A stretch of 64,000 bases of DNA from Octopus sinensis (GCF_006345805.1 NC_042998.1:145700001-145764000), one strand, 5' to 3'. Positions 27,238 to 40,758 are shown, counted from the first letter of the stretch. Notes: generated by a model from the letters alone, not told the origin. Numbers and translations are program-made.

Positions 27238-27576
27238 CCTTTGTGTATGTTTTTGCCTCCACACCACCGCTTACTGTTGGTTTGTTTACGTCTCCGTAAC
27301 TACCCTTCCAGTGAAAGACAGCGGTAGAATGACAGGCTTATTAAAATAAGTACTGGGGTCGGATCATTCGAAAGCTTTTTCAATGTGAGATAGCGCATTG
27401 TGGTCAGCGATGTACAACAACACTCCATAGTGTAATCGATATAGTGATATACACATACATATATATTTACATACATACGTGCATGCATACATACATATAT
27501 AAATATATGCGTGTGTGTGTGTGTGTGTATATATATATACTTTTTTTAATATCTACCTAGATAGATAAATAAATAA

Positions 27577-27649
<73 letters not shown>

Positions 27650-28622
27650 CACACAGACAGGCAGACAAGCTGGCAGACAGACAGATGATAGATGATAGAT
27701 AGATAGTCAGATAGATAGATAGTAAGACAGACACAGAGGCAGACAGGAAGGCAGGCAGAGAGACAGACAGATAGATAGATAAATAGATAGACAGATGATA
27801 GATAGATAGATGATAGATAGATAGATAGATGTACATAAACATACACACAGAAATAGAAAGAGAGCCAGGGTGTGGGCATGAGGCAAACAAGATTCCGCTA
27901 AATGGATGCTCCCTAAATACCACAACTTTGCTTCTTGTTGTTGTTAATGTTGTCATTTCTCCTTTTCCCTTAAGGCGACACTTTCAGGAAATGATTAAGC
28001 ATGTTGCTATATAATTATATTTGAACTTCAGCCCTGAACGAAATATACATAATCGATACTAATCTATACTACGTATCTTGAAATGAGTGTTCTTGCGTAA
28101 AGATGATCCGTAATCTGATACCATGAGATTATCTGCTCTGAGGCTCATGTTGCAACATAACCAGGTTCTATTCCGTTTTTTTTTTTTTTTAGAACAGACA
28201 CGTGTCAAATGAGTTTTGTTATAAATAGGAATGATCTCTCCACAAATTGTCATTATAACTTTCATAGAAATATATTAACGAATATCAGGTGATGTGAAAA
28301 ATTGAGAAAAATATCGATTATATGCTTGTCAAATGCTTTGGTGTTCCAAATCATGTCAAATGGTACTATTTCGAATTGGATGTGAATTTCTATCTTTCTA
28401 TGTTTTCTATATGTTTTATGTTATGCTTACTGTGTGAAAGACACACATCAGCTATTCAAAAACACGAAAACTGTTAACTTCACTTGAACATTATTATTCC
28501 ATGCCAAAATTTTCGTCGCATCAACTGCTATCTGACCTCTGACACCAAGTAATAATTGGGATATTGACACCAAATAATAAATGGTTAAGTAACGTTAACA
28601 GCTTTTATATTTTTGAATGGCT

Positions 28623-28723
<101 letters not shown>

Positions 28724-28729
28724 CTTGTC

Positions 28730-29140
28730 ACTGTCACGCCGGGCAAAATGCTCATCGGCATTTCATCCGTCTTTACATTCTGAGTTCAAATTCCACCGAT
28801 GTCGACTTTGCCTTTTATCCTTTTGAAATCGATAAAATATGTACCAGCTGAGCACTGAGGTCGCAGTAGTTGACTTAACCCTTCCCCGAAATTGATAGTC
28901 TTGTGCTAACATTTGAAACCAATATCAGTCCAAATTTAAGGTGGTGAGGTGGCAGAATCTTTAGCGTGTCCAAGAAAATACTCAGCGGCATTTTTTGGGG
29001 CTCCATACATTCTGAGTTCGAATCTCACCGGGGCCAACTTTGCGTTTCATTCGGTTACGATAAGCTAAAGTACTCCTTAAGTCGATATAACTGACTAACT
29101 CTATCCCCCGAAATTGCTTCTTATGTGTCTAAATTTTGAA
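28730..29140 (+). mobile_element. Two adjacent SINE copies
   Basis: cacgccgggcaaaatgctc...gagttcaaattcc...gtaccag and ggtggtgaggtggcagaatctttagc...gagttcgaatc. Confidence 0.8.
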
Positions 29141-29547
29141 AGAATTTACTGTGTCAGCTTTAATCATAGAAGTTTGACTTAATCTGGTTTAGTCTTGCCT
29201 TGCTTTTGGACCCTCTACTGTGTGTCTTATGCACCTTTAGACCTAGTGGAGGTCATCCCTTTCTAAATCTGGCCACAGACGATTTTTTTGTAGCAATAAA
29301 GAGATACGAAAGAAAAGCCTACGAACAAACTAACATCTGCAAAATGGAAATTGGGATTTTACTGAGGGATAATGTCCCTTGATTCATAGAGGAAGGAAAA
29401 AGATGGTGAAATTAGATGACATTCGTAGATTTATTTTAAGAACATTACAGATTTAGGGCAGCGTGTTTAGAACCGAATATCGAACTTCTGTATTGAAACA
29501 CTAACAACAAAAATCGATATTCAAACAGGAAAATATGTCAAGCAACA

Positions 29548-29752
29548 ATCCTTATCACCACAGCCAACAAACCCCAAACACTGCAACAAGCAAATCTCAT
29601 CAACGTAGTCAACAAAGCTCAAGCATCTCAGCCAAGAAAGCTTAAACATCACAACAGCGGACCTCATCACCGCAGCCATCAAACCTCATTACTGCTGTAA
29701 GCAAACCTCGTCTTCGAAGTCAACAAACCTCATCATCACCGCAGCCATCAAC
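29548..29752. repeat. Degenerate 22-bp minisatellite (approximately aaacctcatcaccgcagccatc)
   Basis: Units start at 29659, 29681, 29703 and 29725 with 22-bp spacing; looser units lie upstream. Confidence 0.7.
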
Positions 29753-30232
29753 CCCAAATAAACAAAACTTCACTCTTAACTTGGCCCACCAATCAGAAGT
29801 CTCTATCTGATTGATCTGTTAATTGAGTTATGTTACCACATATTGTTTTTATATTATTATATTCTTCCTTTATTTATACATATTTGTTTCGTCTTCCTTG
29901 ATCCTTATTTATTTTTGCTTATATCTAGGGAAGTGGGGAAGGTTTGGTTCTACCGTTGTTTGATTTTTGATTAAGGCACTGGAAAAGATGAAGGGGGTGA
30001 TGTGATGCTGCTTGTGATGGCTTAATTAGCCTTTTAATTTGCTTTGTGTCCTATTGATCTTGTTGAGAGCTTTAAGGAATTTATTATTTTCCTCCCATTT
30101 TATTATTATTAATATTAATATTAATATTGTTATTATTATTATTTGATGGTGGTGGTGGTGGTGGTGGTGGTATTGTTGTTGTGAACAAGATCATTATCAT
30201 TATTATTATTACTATTATTACTATTATTGTTG

Positions 30233-30295
<63 letters not shown>

Positions 30296-30670
30296 GCATC
30301 ATCTTCATCATCATTATTATTATTTTATTTTTATTTTCGGCTAATCGGGTCCCCTGGAGAATATTGAGTTTTTTTGCTGGTTTTTGTTTGTTTTTGGTGT
30401 TTTGTTGTTTTTTTTTTAGCATTGGTGGTGAATATCCGTTGTAGTTTATTGTATAGTGTGCTATTATTGATTATAAGAGGTAATGAGAATAACAGAGAGA
30501 AATAAAGAGGGAGAACATGAAACTTTTGTTCAAACATATAGACACTTGAACACGAAAATATATACCAGCATGAAGGCTCATATACACATAGATACATTCC
30601 GTGATGTTGATTTATATGTATATATTTATATATATCCATCTATCAATCTGTCTATCCAGCTATTTATCTA

Positions 30671-30745
<75 letters not shown>

Positions 30746-30771
30746 TATACACACAACTTTGTGCGTGTGTA

Positions 30772-30802
<31 letters not shown>

Positions 30803-31070
30803 TGTGTGTGTGTGTGTGTGTTGATATCTAAATGAAAACATACTTAAATATTCTGGAACAAAGCCGAACAAAAGATTGTGATTGAGTTATATTGCAATCG
30901 AACCACATTCCTTCTGTACATGTGTGTGCATGTGAGCGTGTGTGTGTAAGCGTGCATGTATGTTTGTTTAAGTATAAATATGTGCGTGTATGCACATATA
31001 TATTTATCTGTATATACATATACATGCATACACACACGCACATGCACACATGTATATTTATATATATATA

Positions 31071-31101
<31 letters not shown>

Positions 31102-31119
31102 CATACATACATACATACA

Positions 31120-31150
<31 letters not shown>

Positions 31151-32574
31151 GCATACACACACATATATATGATATATATGTACATACACGTGTGAAGTTG
31201 ATGAACATAAGATGGGTGAAAAGAAGAAAAGGGAATGTTTATATGTATTTTGTGTGCGTGTATGTTCATGATGTGGTGTGTAATATATTTTCCAATATAT
31301 CTTCAAACTCTATCGTCTAATGTGATTATATCCTGTCAGTAGTGACACCTAGACAGGCAGTCAGATGGAGAGAAAGGCAGTTTTAGAGACGTTGTGTAAG
31401 AGAGAAATAAACCATTCATTCTGACAGACAAATGCGAACCAATGTCAAACAAGGAAGTCGCAGTAAAATGTTTCAGTTGTCTTGACGCTTTGACATTTTA
31501 GTGTAATTTGGGGAAAGGGTTGAACGTCACAACGATTCGTAATTAAGAGGAAAATATGAAAGCCACCCGTCATCCGACTATAGATGTACATGCTTTCGTT
31601 AAGTGTTTTACGTACCTGTGGAGTCGCGAACAGACATGGACACCTTTTTTGAGTTTCTCGTTCTTTGACTCGGCGACATACCCAGGATGTGACAGCGGGG
31701 AGAGGAGAGGAGAATCAGGAAAGGAGGAGAGAGGATAAGGGAGATGCAGAGAGAGGGAGAGAGGAGGAAGAAGAGAAAGAGAAAGCTGCATTGGCACTCT
31801 GCTGGTGCTCGTTTTTAGCTGAGTAAACTGGATCAACGTGAAATGAAGTGCCTTGCTCAAGGGCACAATGCGCTGGCTTGGCCAGGAATTGAACCCACGA
31901 CACTATGATCGCGAGCCGAGCACTCCTTAACCAATTGGCCACACGTCTTCCACAGAGGAAAATATATTTTTACAATATTACAGTTTTAATAAACCCTAAG
32001 AATTAAATGGAAACTATTATGTTAAATGAAACTTTAACTTTAAATAAATACCAATCTGGGGTCGTGGATTGGCGCAAGTTATAAGAGGGTCTGAGTAAGA
32101 TGCCTTGCAGTATCATTTCCGGTCCCTTGCATTCTGACAGCTGCGAAGCAACAACACAGGTACCAAACTGTATAGGCCCAAATCACTGGTAGCGTCTCTC
32201 TTGGATAAACACCAGTAGCGTAGAGGGGAGACTTGTGTGTACGGGTAACTGCTAAACTTGCACAAAATATATTGCCCAAGCTTCCACATACACGTGGCAT
32301 TGCATGGTCAGCCTTGACCGATAGAGGTCGAAGAAGACTGTAAATAACAGCCGAAACTGTTAGGACGTTTATCTAAATGTACAAGAATCCCAGGATTCAT
32401 AAGGCTGGTTACCTGGTTTCCATAACACGTAAGTGGCCGAGACCATTCCATGAATGAGACACCAGTCTATTGCAAGGTTATTCATTTACAGCTTAGTGAA
32501 CTGGAGAAATGTGAAATGAAGAGTTTTGCTCACGAACACAATGCACGGCCCCGTCCGGGAATCAAAACCGGAAC

Positions 32575-32740
32575 CAAAACCAGAATCAAAACCGTAATCA
32601 AAACCATAATTAAAACACACCCTAACCATAATTAAACACACATAATCAAACATAATTAAGCACATAATTAAACCATAATTAAACACATAATTAAACCATA
32701 ATTAAAACACACACACTAACCATAATTAATACACACCCTA
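32575..32740. repeat. Minisatellite of (aaac/ac)CATAATTA units
   Basis: About ten cataatta/cataatca cores with variable spacers. Confidence 0.85.
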
Positions 32741-33049
32741 ACAAGTAGGTAAGATGTGACATTTTAAATCAGACAATGAATATTTGAAATGCTGAGTTTC
32801 GACTTACCAAATATTTAACGAAGCATTGGGATATTCTGATAGACAAGTCGATAAACTTAATAAAATTAATTTTTAAAAAAACTGGAAAACAGATCAATAC
32901 ACAGTGTCAAAGAGAAAACCTAGGAGGGTCATTGATAAAGAGATAGTCATAGCGATACGAGAGGAAGCCGAAATAAATCAGCGTTCAAATCTACCAGAAC
33001 GTACTAAGAATGAATAGGTTTGTTATTGATTGAATACAATAATGATTTA

Positions 33050-33350
33050 CACATAAGGCCAGCAATTTTGAGGAATTTGTCTAAGTCCATAACGTCGACC
33101 CCAGTACTTGATTGGTACTTTATCTTATCGATCTAGAAACGATGAATGGCAAAGTTGGGTTCGGGTGGCATTTGAACTGAGAACATAAACAGCTACTGGT
33201 ATTTTATTTTATCGATTCCCGAAAGTTTTAAAAACAAAGCTGGTCTCGACGGGATTTGAACTCAGAACGTAAAGAGCTAAAGTCTGAAATAAAATACCTC
33301 AATGTATTTTTCGGACACTCTAACAATTCTTCCAGCTCACCGACTTAGTC
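33050..33350 (-). mobile_element. Two overlapping partial SINE copies
   Basis: gtcgaccccagtact...gatgaatggcaaagt...ttgaactgagaac and gggatttgaactcagaacgtaaagag...ttccagctcacc. Confidence 0.7.
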
Positions 33351-33940
33351 TACAGAAATACCAATATCATCTATCTCTGTATTTTGATCACAGTACTTGT
33401 GTGTGGTCAAGTTACAATCATCACCAACGAGTGACATCACCGTTTTGAGAGGTTTTTTCTACTGAACTTTTAACTTTCCTGATATTAATATATATTTATT
33501 TTATGATCCCTTTTCACTATGACCTTGTTTATTTACACGGTTCCCGTTCCACTATGTAAGATTTCATTTATTTACATAATTCCCTAGAACAATGATTTAT
33601 CCGAATAATATAGACCGTCAAGCACCAGTGAACAGATAGATTTCACGGATTCCCTCCGGGATGGAATTGCCAACAGGATCAGCTCTTCACAATACAATAT
33701 TCCGAATTGATGGAAAACAAATATTGGCTAAATAACATCAAACTCCCGCTGTCATAATTCTTTACTCGAGTAAATAGATAGAAAAATTAGTTTATTCTGT
33801 GTGAGGAAACATGAAAGTAACAGAGAAGAATCTATTAATTATACGTTAATTGATAACAGATTAATTTTACAAATTTTGTTGAAGTTTGAGAGTCATTATA
33901 CTAATAAGAAATACACGTAATGGTTCTACTTCATCTCTTG

Positions 33941-33996
<56 letters not shown>

Positions 33997-34000
33997 TATT

Positions 34001-35560
34001 ACATGGTGTGCACCAATGTTTTATATCCGAAATCAATGTCCTTGATACCGTGTCACCAGCAGTTTCCTTAAATATTGAGATCCTTTCATACAATCCTTGC
34101 CGTTCCTAATAGAGCAGATTTCTAAATTAAAGCAACTCTCGTAATTAAACCAGTTTCAATGGGGAGACTGCTAAGTGTGTTGGTGATGATACTTAGGGCA
34201 CCTATAACAACTGAGATTACTTTCGTAGAAACCCTACACAGTCTTCGTATTTCCCAAGCCAAACCCTGGTACCTTCCTATTTTCTCCTGTTCTTTGACCG
34301 GCACATTTATGTCCGCAGATGTAACTACATCTATTATGACACACTCTTTTCTCCCTTGCCTAGAACGACTGATCATGAAGTTCATGATCAGTCTGTACAC
34401 TAAAATCCTCTAAGGATTGATGTTGGTACCGTTTCTTTCGTACGTGAAATCCTCTTTATCATATGTTCCAGTGCCTAGCCCACACAATCGTGACTGTCTT
34501 TTTTCTGTACTGAAGGACTACCGGAACTTATTATGAGCATAACGGATTCCTAATTTTCATTACGCAGACTCTGTACTTTAGATTTTCCTCAGGATTATCT
34601 ATTTTTACATAATGATATTCGTCCATAATGACAGGCTTTGAGCAGCTATTATGAGTTCTTCCGTTTCTTTCTTAAAGTTTCCATTCTTCAGGCAAAACCA
34701 AGACTCATCTGCTGCGACATCCTGCGTTTGTCTGAGATGCTGACCGTGTAGTTTTTTCCTCTCAGATGTTTCTTTTCCATTTCTGTTTTCTTCTTTTCTT
34801 GTATCCTGTTGCAGTCACTACAACTTCTTTCTCCTCTCCTTTCACATACTCTTCTATATCACGTTTTGCCATCTTTGCACAGTCTTTTATTGATATCAAT
34901 CCTCTCTACCCCTTCTTCCGTGGTAGATGTAACCTATCCACACTCTGTCTCTGGGATGTAGTGACCTGTACATGGACATTGTCTTTCTAGTTTTACAATC
35001 TATTTCCCTTAGTTCTTCCTTAATCCAGTTCAGGAAAGCAACAGAATATCGTATTACAGAGACCGCTCATGTGTTTACTGTAGAGATACTTTTCCCCTCC
35101 ATTCAGTTTTGAGTTCATCACCGTTTTCTACTTTCTTGAGATATTCATTACTCACTTTCTCTTTCATTTCTTGGCAGAGAATACTATCTTCCTCCACTAC
35201 ACCAAGTTACTGCTAACTGTCACCCTCATTCATGGCTCGGATTGAATCCCTCCTTTTTGGGATATTTTTCTCTCTTTATTACTAGCACCACACATTTATC
35301 TACTCAAAACTTCATGCCAATGTCATCACCCACAACTCTAACTAACTGAACCAGTGAATACTAAAACTTTCTCACTTTTGGCAAATAATTTCAGGTCATC
35401 CATAAATAATAGGTGGTTTATTTTCTCATCACAGCTAAATTAGCAGCGTGATTTTGTCTCTCTCAACGTTAATACAAAAGAGGGATAAGAGCAACCACGA
35501 ATAGCAGTGGAATATTCTCCTACTTACGATGACTTCACGTAACTTATCTTCACCTGATGT
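34001..35560 (-). mobile_element. R4/Dong-like RLE retrotransposon copy A (RT core to 3' end), decayed
   Basis: Minus strand KINHLLFMDDLKLFAKS (RT catalytic motif, about 35375-35425), DIGMKF, and C-terminal KEQEKIGRYQGLAWEIRRL...VVIGAL (ORF 34122-34400); 3' end abuts (TAA)n at 33942-34000. Confidence 0.9.
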
Positions 35561-35589
35561 TAGTATAGTTCTCCATTTTAGAATAATTT

Positions 35590-36996
35590 TTTTTTTCCGA
35601 TTGATTTGCATTGTATTTCATCTTCTGGCCGGGTCTCAACCAGAGACCTAAGGCATATATATTTGATGGAGAGAAACTTCCTGAGAATGTGAGCAGTTGA
35701 TGTCTACACGATTTTTTGAGTCTGATAGATTGTTGGTTTCCTTGGGATTAGGTCAAAAAAATTGTCAGTATCTTTCTTGATCATCCCCAGGGCACCTACA
35801 ACAACACGTATGGGTGGGGTGTGGGGGTTTAATTGCCACCTTTGATATCTCAATCTCAAGGTTCTTATATTTCGACAGTTTTTCAAATTCCTGTACTGTC
35901 ATATCAATGAACAGGCATGTTTTAGTCTTAGGTATTTGATGATGTCTGGTTTGTTAGCATCCATTTGCCTTTCTGTATGTATCCCATGATCCCATAGGAT
36001 GGTAACATTCTTTCCCTCAGTGACAGGCCCTGGGTGGTGTTCATACCAGTTCTTAGGTTGCGGAATACCATAGTGATGGCATATGCTCCAGTGTCAGTAT
36101 CGGCCAACCCGATCATGCCTAGTTTTATATTCTGTAGGAGGCAAGGACAGAGCAGCCGGCAACAATGTGGTCAATACTCTCAAGTGTGTCATTTCAGTCT
36201 ACACTTTGTGTCTACCTCATTGTGTGTGACATTAGCTTGAAGGTTCTGAGTGAGAAAACTCTGATCTTGTGCAGCTAGGATAAATCCTTCTGTTTCGGCT
36301 TTCAAACCAACACTCTGCAGCCACTGATGGGTTCTTCTCCTATCTGCATCAGCTTTCTCAGCTCGTTTGGGTATTGCCCATGCAATGGTTTTTCTTGCCA
36401 CAGACTTGATATTTCCTGAAGCTTTCTTGTTTGGCTTTTGTTTTACACTTTTTTGCTTCCTTGGTGGGTGGTGTCCTCCTTATCATCATCTTAATCAGGG
36501 AGTTTAAGCTCTCATCTGTATCTATATGCCCCTCCTTTCAGTGCAGTTTCTTACTCTGTTCGTGTTGCCTAACCAGCTGTATCATCCAATTGATGTCACT
36601 TTAGATGTAGACTTGGAATCCTATCAAGCTGGAATAGGCCTCTGCCGCCTTCCTTTCGTGAGAGATAAAGCCTGTGGACGTCTGAGTTTGGGTGGTGCAT
36701 CCTGATTAGTGTCAGCAGTTTCCTGGTCTTTTTGTTCATACGCTGGACATCACTCAGATTGCAACTGATGACAATAAGGATATAGTGGACTACTGGTACC
36801 GCCAGCAATTCTATTCTGAGAGTTCAGCTAAGTATTTAGGACCATTCTGACACGTCTATAATACTCTGTCCTAATATTTTCTTTTATTGATCTGCGTTGA
36901 ATCCCATTCCCTTCGTGTATCCAAGATACTTATAAAAGCTTTCTTGGTCCAGATCCTCGATAGCTGTAACATGATCAAGTTGGGTCGTGGAATCAG
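35590..36996 (-). mobile_element. R4/Dong-like copy B, 5'-truncated
   Basis: FYKYLG (about 36919-36937), HPNSDVHRLYLSRKEGGRGL (ORF 36596-36808), WLQSVGLKAETEGFILAAQDQ...KCRL (36189-36401), IRVVVGALG (35704-35886) and TAHILRKFLSIK*; begins immediately after (TAA)n on the minus strand. Confidence 0.9.
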
Positions 36997-37015
36997 ATTA
37001 TTATTATTGTTATTG

Positions 37016-37047
<32 letters not shown>

Positions 37048-37079
37048 TTATTATTATTATTATTATTATTTTATTATTA

Positions 37080-37116
<37 letters not shown>

Positions 37117-37119
37117 TTA

Positions 37120-37152
<33 letters not shown>

Positions 37153-37700
37153 TTCATATACATTCAACGGATTAGACTGTTGGAAAAGAAAAAATATTAA
37201 CATTGGGCTACAACAAGTAATCTTAGATGCCAAGGACCCACTTGTCGCGTTACAACAAGTAACCTTAAATGCCAAGAACCCACCTAAGTATCCTTGCTGT
37301 CCCTAATAATATTGTTTTCTGGTGCTGTACTAAACTGGGTTTTATGCCTATTTCCTCTATTCATCAGTTCAGATATTTAGGGATAGTTCTCAATGCACCT
37401 ATAAATACTGGGATACATTTTACCCGCACTTTCCATAGTCTCTGTAATTCAATAGCTAGGTCCTGATATACTTCTCATATTAATGTTTTCATCATTTGGG
37501 AATGTAAAGTCTATTATCTAGCACTTTCTATTCTCTTTCCCTACTACTACCAAATCAGGCCTTCTAGCTTCTAATACTCTGTCAGTCTGATTGTTAAAGT
37601 CTTATATTTCTTACTTTCTAGTACTTTACTAGGTTCATGTTCATACCATTTATCAGTATGTTCAAATCCTAGCTTTCTACATTACCCTCACAAGATTATA
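37153..37700 (-). mobile_element. R4/Dong-like copy C, RLE domain and 3' end
   Basis: Minus strand KWYEHEP...RRPDLVVV...IIDF...KYQDLAIELQRLWKVRVKCIPVFIGAL...LLGTARILRWVLGI*; 3' end abuts (TAA)n at 36997-37152. Confidence 0.88.
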
Positions 37701-37955
37701 ATATTTGTACTCACAGTTTTTTCATAGGAAGATCGCATTTTCGCGCGTCGTATAAATTGTTGTGTAGAGAGATCACATATCCACGTGTTTACATTTTATG
37801 GACGTACTTTGCTGTGACCACGTGCCTGGCAGTAATTGTTTCATATATGAGGGAAATATTTCGGCTTCCTGAAATGACTTACAATAAAAAACAATTTTTT
37901 AAAAAAATTTTGCGATTTCTTAAATTCAGTTTGGTGATGTTTTCATTATTATTAT

Positions 37956-38030
<75 letters not shown>

Positions 38031-38261
38031 CGTTGTTGTTGTTGTTGTTGTTGTTGCTGTGGTTATTACTAGTCAACTAGTTAACCATTTCACTAATTAA
38101 CTAATCGATTGTTCTGGAATATAGGGAGTATGTCAATGATGAGAACGCGAATGCGACGAAATTCTCTAATGAACCTAGCTGAGTGATTGACAGAATGATT
38201 AATCAATCAATGAATTAGTAAATTGGTTAAATTTTGAACTATTTGAATAACAATAATAATG

Positions 38262-38447
<186 letters not shown>

Positions 38448-39231
38448 TAATAATAAATTCTCTGATGCAGTACCAGGCAGTGGCTCTCATGGCTTCTGAT
38501 CTTAACTGATTGGACGTGTTATTATGTTTTGTCTTGGTATAAAAGATGGGGCACAGTAAATACTCTGCTCAATACCACAAATTTGCTTGTTATTTGCTTG
38601 GCCAAAACCAGTTGAGCGTGTTCCTTAGTGGCTGACAATATGTGCATCCCTGTTCAAGAACAGGAGTAGTGGGGAGCATCATAGCCATGTATTGAGAGGA
38701 ATTCTTTTGAGCTTGAACGATTCCCTTCTGGAAACATCGGTGTTTCATTCAACATCCTTGAACATCCCCTATTCAAGGACCTTTTGAGTGGAATGGGCTA
38801 CTGGACCAGAAGAAAGCTTTAACAGGTCATGCTTTGTTTATCTTGATATGGGATCACCATGTCATGCTCATATGTTTGTGATGCATGTACCTGGTGTATC
38901 TCTTTCTCTGTCACGTTGATGGCATACGCTGCTCCCTCATTCAATAATAATAATGATAATAATAATGAAATGAAATAGAACCAGTGTATCTTCCAGGATA
39001 CACCAATACTTGTTTCAACACACGATTCCACATCAGGAAATGCTGCAAATGAAATACAAAATGTAATTTTACAAATGTGTGTGGGGTTTTTTTGTTGTTT
39101 ATTTTCTTTTTTTTTTACTGTCACTGAATAAAATTTATTGATAATATTAAGTTGACAAAGATTTCAGATTTCGCTTTCACAGCTTATTCAACTGATTGAA
39201 GTCCCAATCAACTCAACATTATCATTGTGTG

Positions 39232-39264
<33 letters not shown>

Positions 39265-39843
39265 GCATTTATGTGTGTGTGCGCGTGCGTGTATGTGAGT
39301 ATATCGATTAATGAAAGACAAGAGAATAAGTGTTACGTAATCCCTTTCATTACCTTATGATTGTTTCTGCTATAAATATGTGTGCCGGAAGAACAGAGTA
39401 CCAGTATTACATCTTATAGCTTCCGCAGTGCCATCCTTCTAGTGATATTAAGCTCTTCCTTCTACTCTAGTGCAGCCTTTTAGGAAGCGGGGGTGTGCCT
39501 ACTCATGATTTTTAATGGAATCTTTTGTCAACTATATAGATTTCTAAAACAGTGTAAAAGGAAATGAAATATGCCGTAGAAATACATGTATGCATGCATA
39601 TATATATATATATATATATATATTAGTCAATTTAGGGTAGCAAAAAAATTCAATAGAAATTTATCGCAACCAGCGGCCTGGTGGAAAAGAGAAAATAGTC
39701 ATCGACTAAATATATAAATATAACAATTTAGGAGTGACCCCAACAGGTCACTCGTCCACCAGAAAGAGCAGCCATAACTCACACCGCCAAGTATTAGTAA
39801 TTCAGAAATTAGGTGAAAATTTAAAAACATTTACCCTAATTCA

Positions 39844-39945
39844 TCTTTTAGACGTTGCAACGTTTCTGTGTCATTAATGATTAAATTAGCTTAATTAAAT
39901 TAAATTAAGCCAATCTACCATAGGTTACACTTCATCAGTAAAAGA
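39844..39945 (-). ncRNA. Type I hammerhead ribozyme motif (copy in left arm)
   Basis: Reverse complement of the 40657-40758 motif. Confidence 0.7.
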
Positions 39946-40186
39946 CCTGGGAGAGACAAATATACACGAGGCGTCTGTATCGATGCCTACGGGATATCTG
40001 ACTTAAAATTTTCAAGACTGACGTATTCGCGCCAAACTTATCAACAGTAAATATAAACTGCCGATTCAATCTCAGAATTATTCAGAAAATTATCAATTAG
40101 TCAATTTAGGGTAGCAAAAAAATTCAATAGAAATTTATCGCAACCAGCGGCCTGGTGGAAAAGAGAAAATAGTCATCGACTAAATA

Positions 40187-40285
40187 TCTTTTACTGATGA
40201 AGTGTAACCTATGGTAGATGGCTTAATTTAATTTAATTAAGCTAATTTAATCATTATGACACAGAAACGTGCAACGTCTAAAAGA
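40187..40285 (+). ncRNA. Type I hammerhead ribozyme motif (right arm, first copy)
   Basis: tctttta-CTGATGA-a-gtgt...acac-a-GAAAC-gt-gca-ac-GTC-taaaaga; predicted cleavage after C40278. Confidence 0.68.
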
Positions 40286-40656
40286 TGATTAGGGTAAATG
40301 TTTTTAAATTTTCACCTAATTTCTGAATTACTAATACTTGGCGGTGTGAGTTATGGCTGCTCTTTCTGGTGGATGAGTGACCTGTTGGGGTCACTCCTAA
40401 ATTGTTATATTTATATATTTAGTCGATGACTATTTTCTCTTTTCCACCAGGCCGCTGGTTGCGATAAATTTCTATTGAATTTTTTTGCTACCCTAAATTG
40501 ACTAATTGATAATTTTCTGAATAATTCTGAGATTGAATCGGCAGTTTATATTTACTGTTGATAAGTTTGGCGCGAATACGTCAGTCTTGAAAATTTTAAG
40601 TCAGATATCCCGTAGGCATCGATACAGACGCCTCGTGTATATTTGTCTCTCCCAGG

Positions 40657-40758
40657 TCTTTTACTGATGAAGTGTAACCTATGGTAGATTGGCTTAATTT
40701 AATTTAATTAAGCTAATTTAATCATTAATGACACAGAAACGTTGCAACGTCTAAAAGA
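40657..40758 (+). ncRNA. Type I hammerhead ribozyme motif (right arm, second copy)
   Basis: Stem I tctttta/taaaaga (7 bp), core CTGATGA, stem II gtgt/acac with a long insert, GAAAC, palindromic stem III acgttgcaacgt, GUC triplet; predicted cleavage after C40751. Confidence 0.72.
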
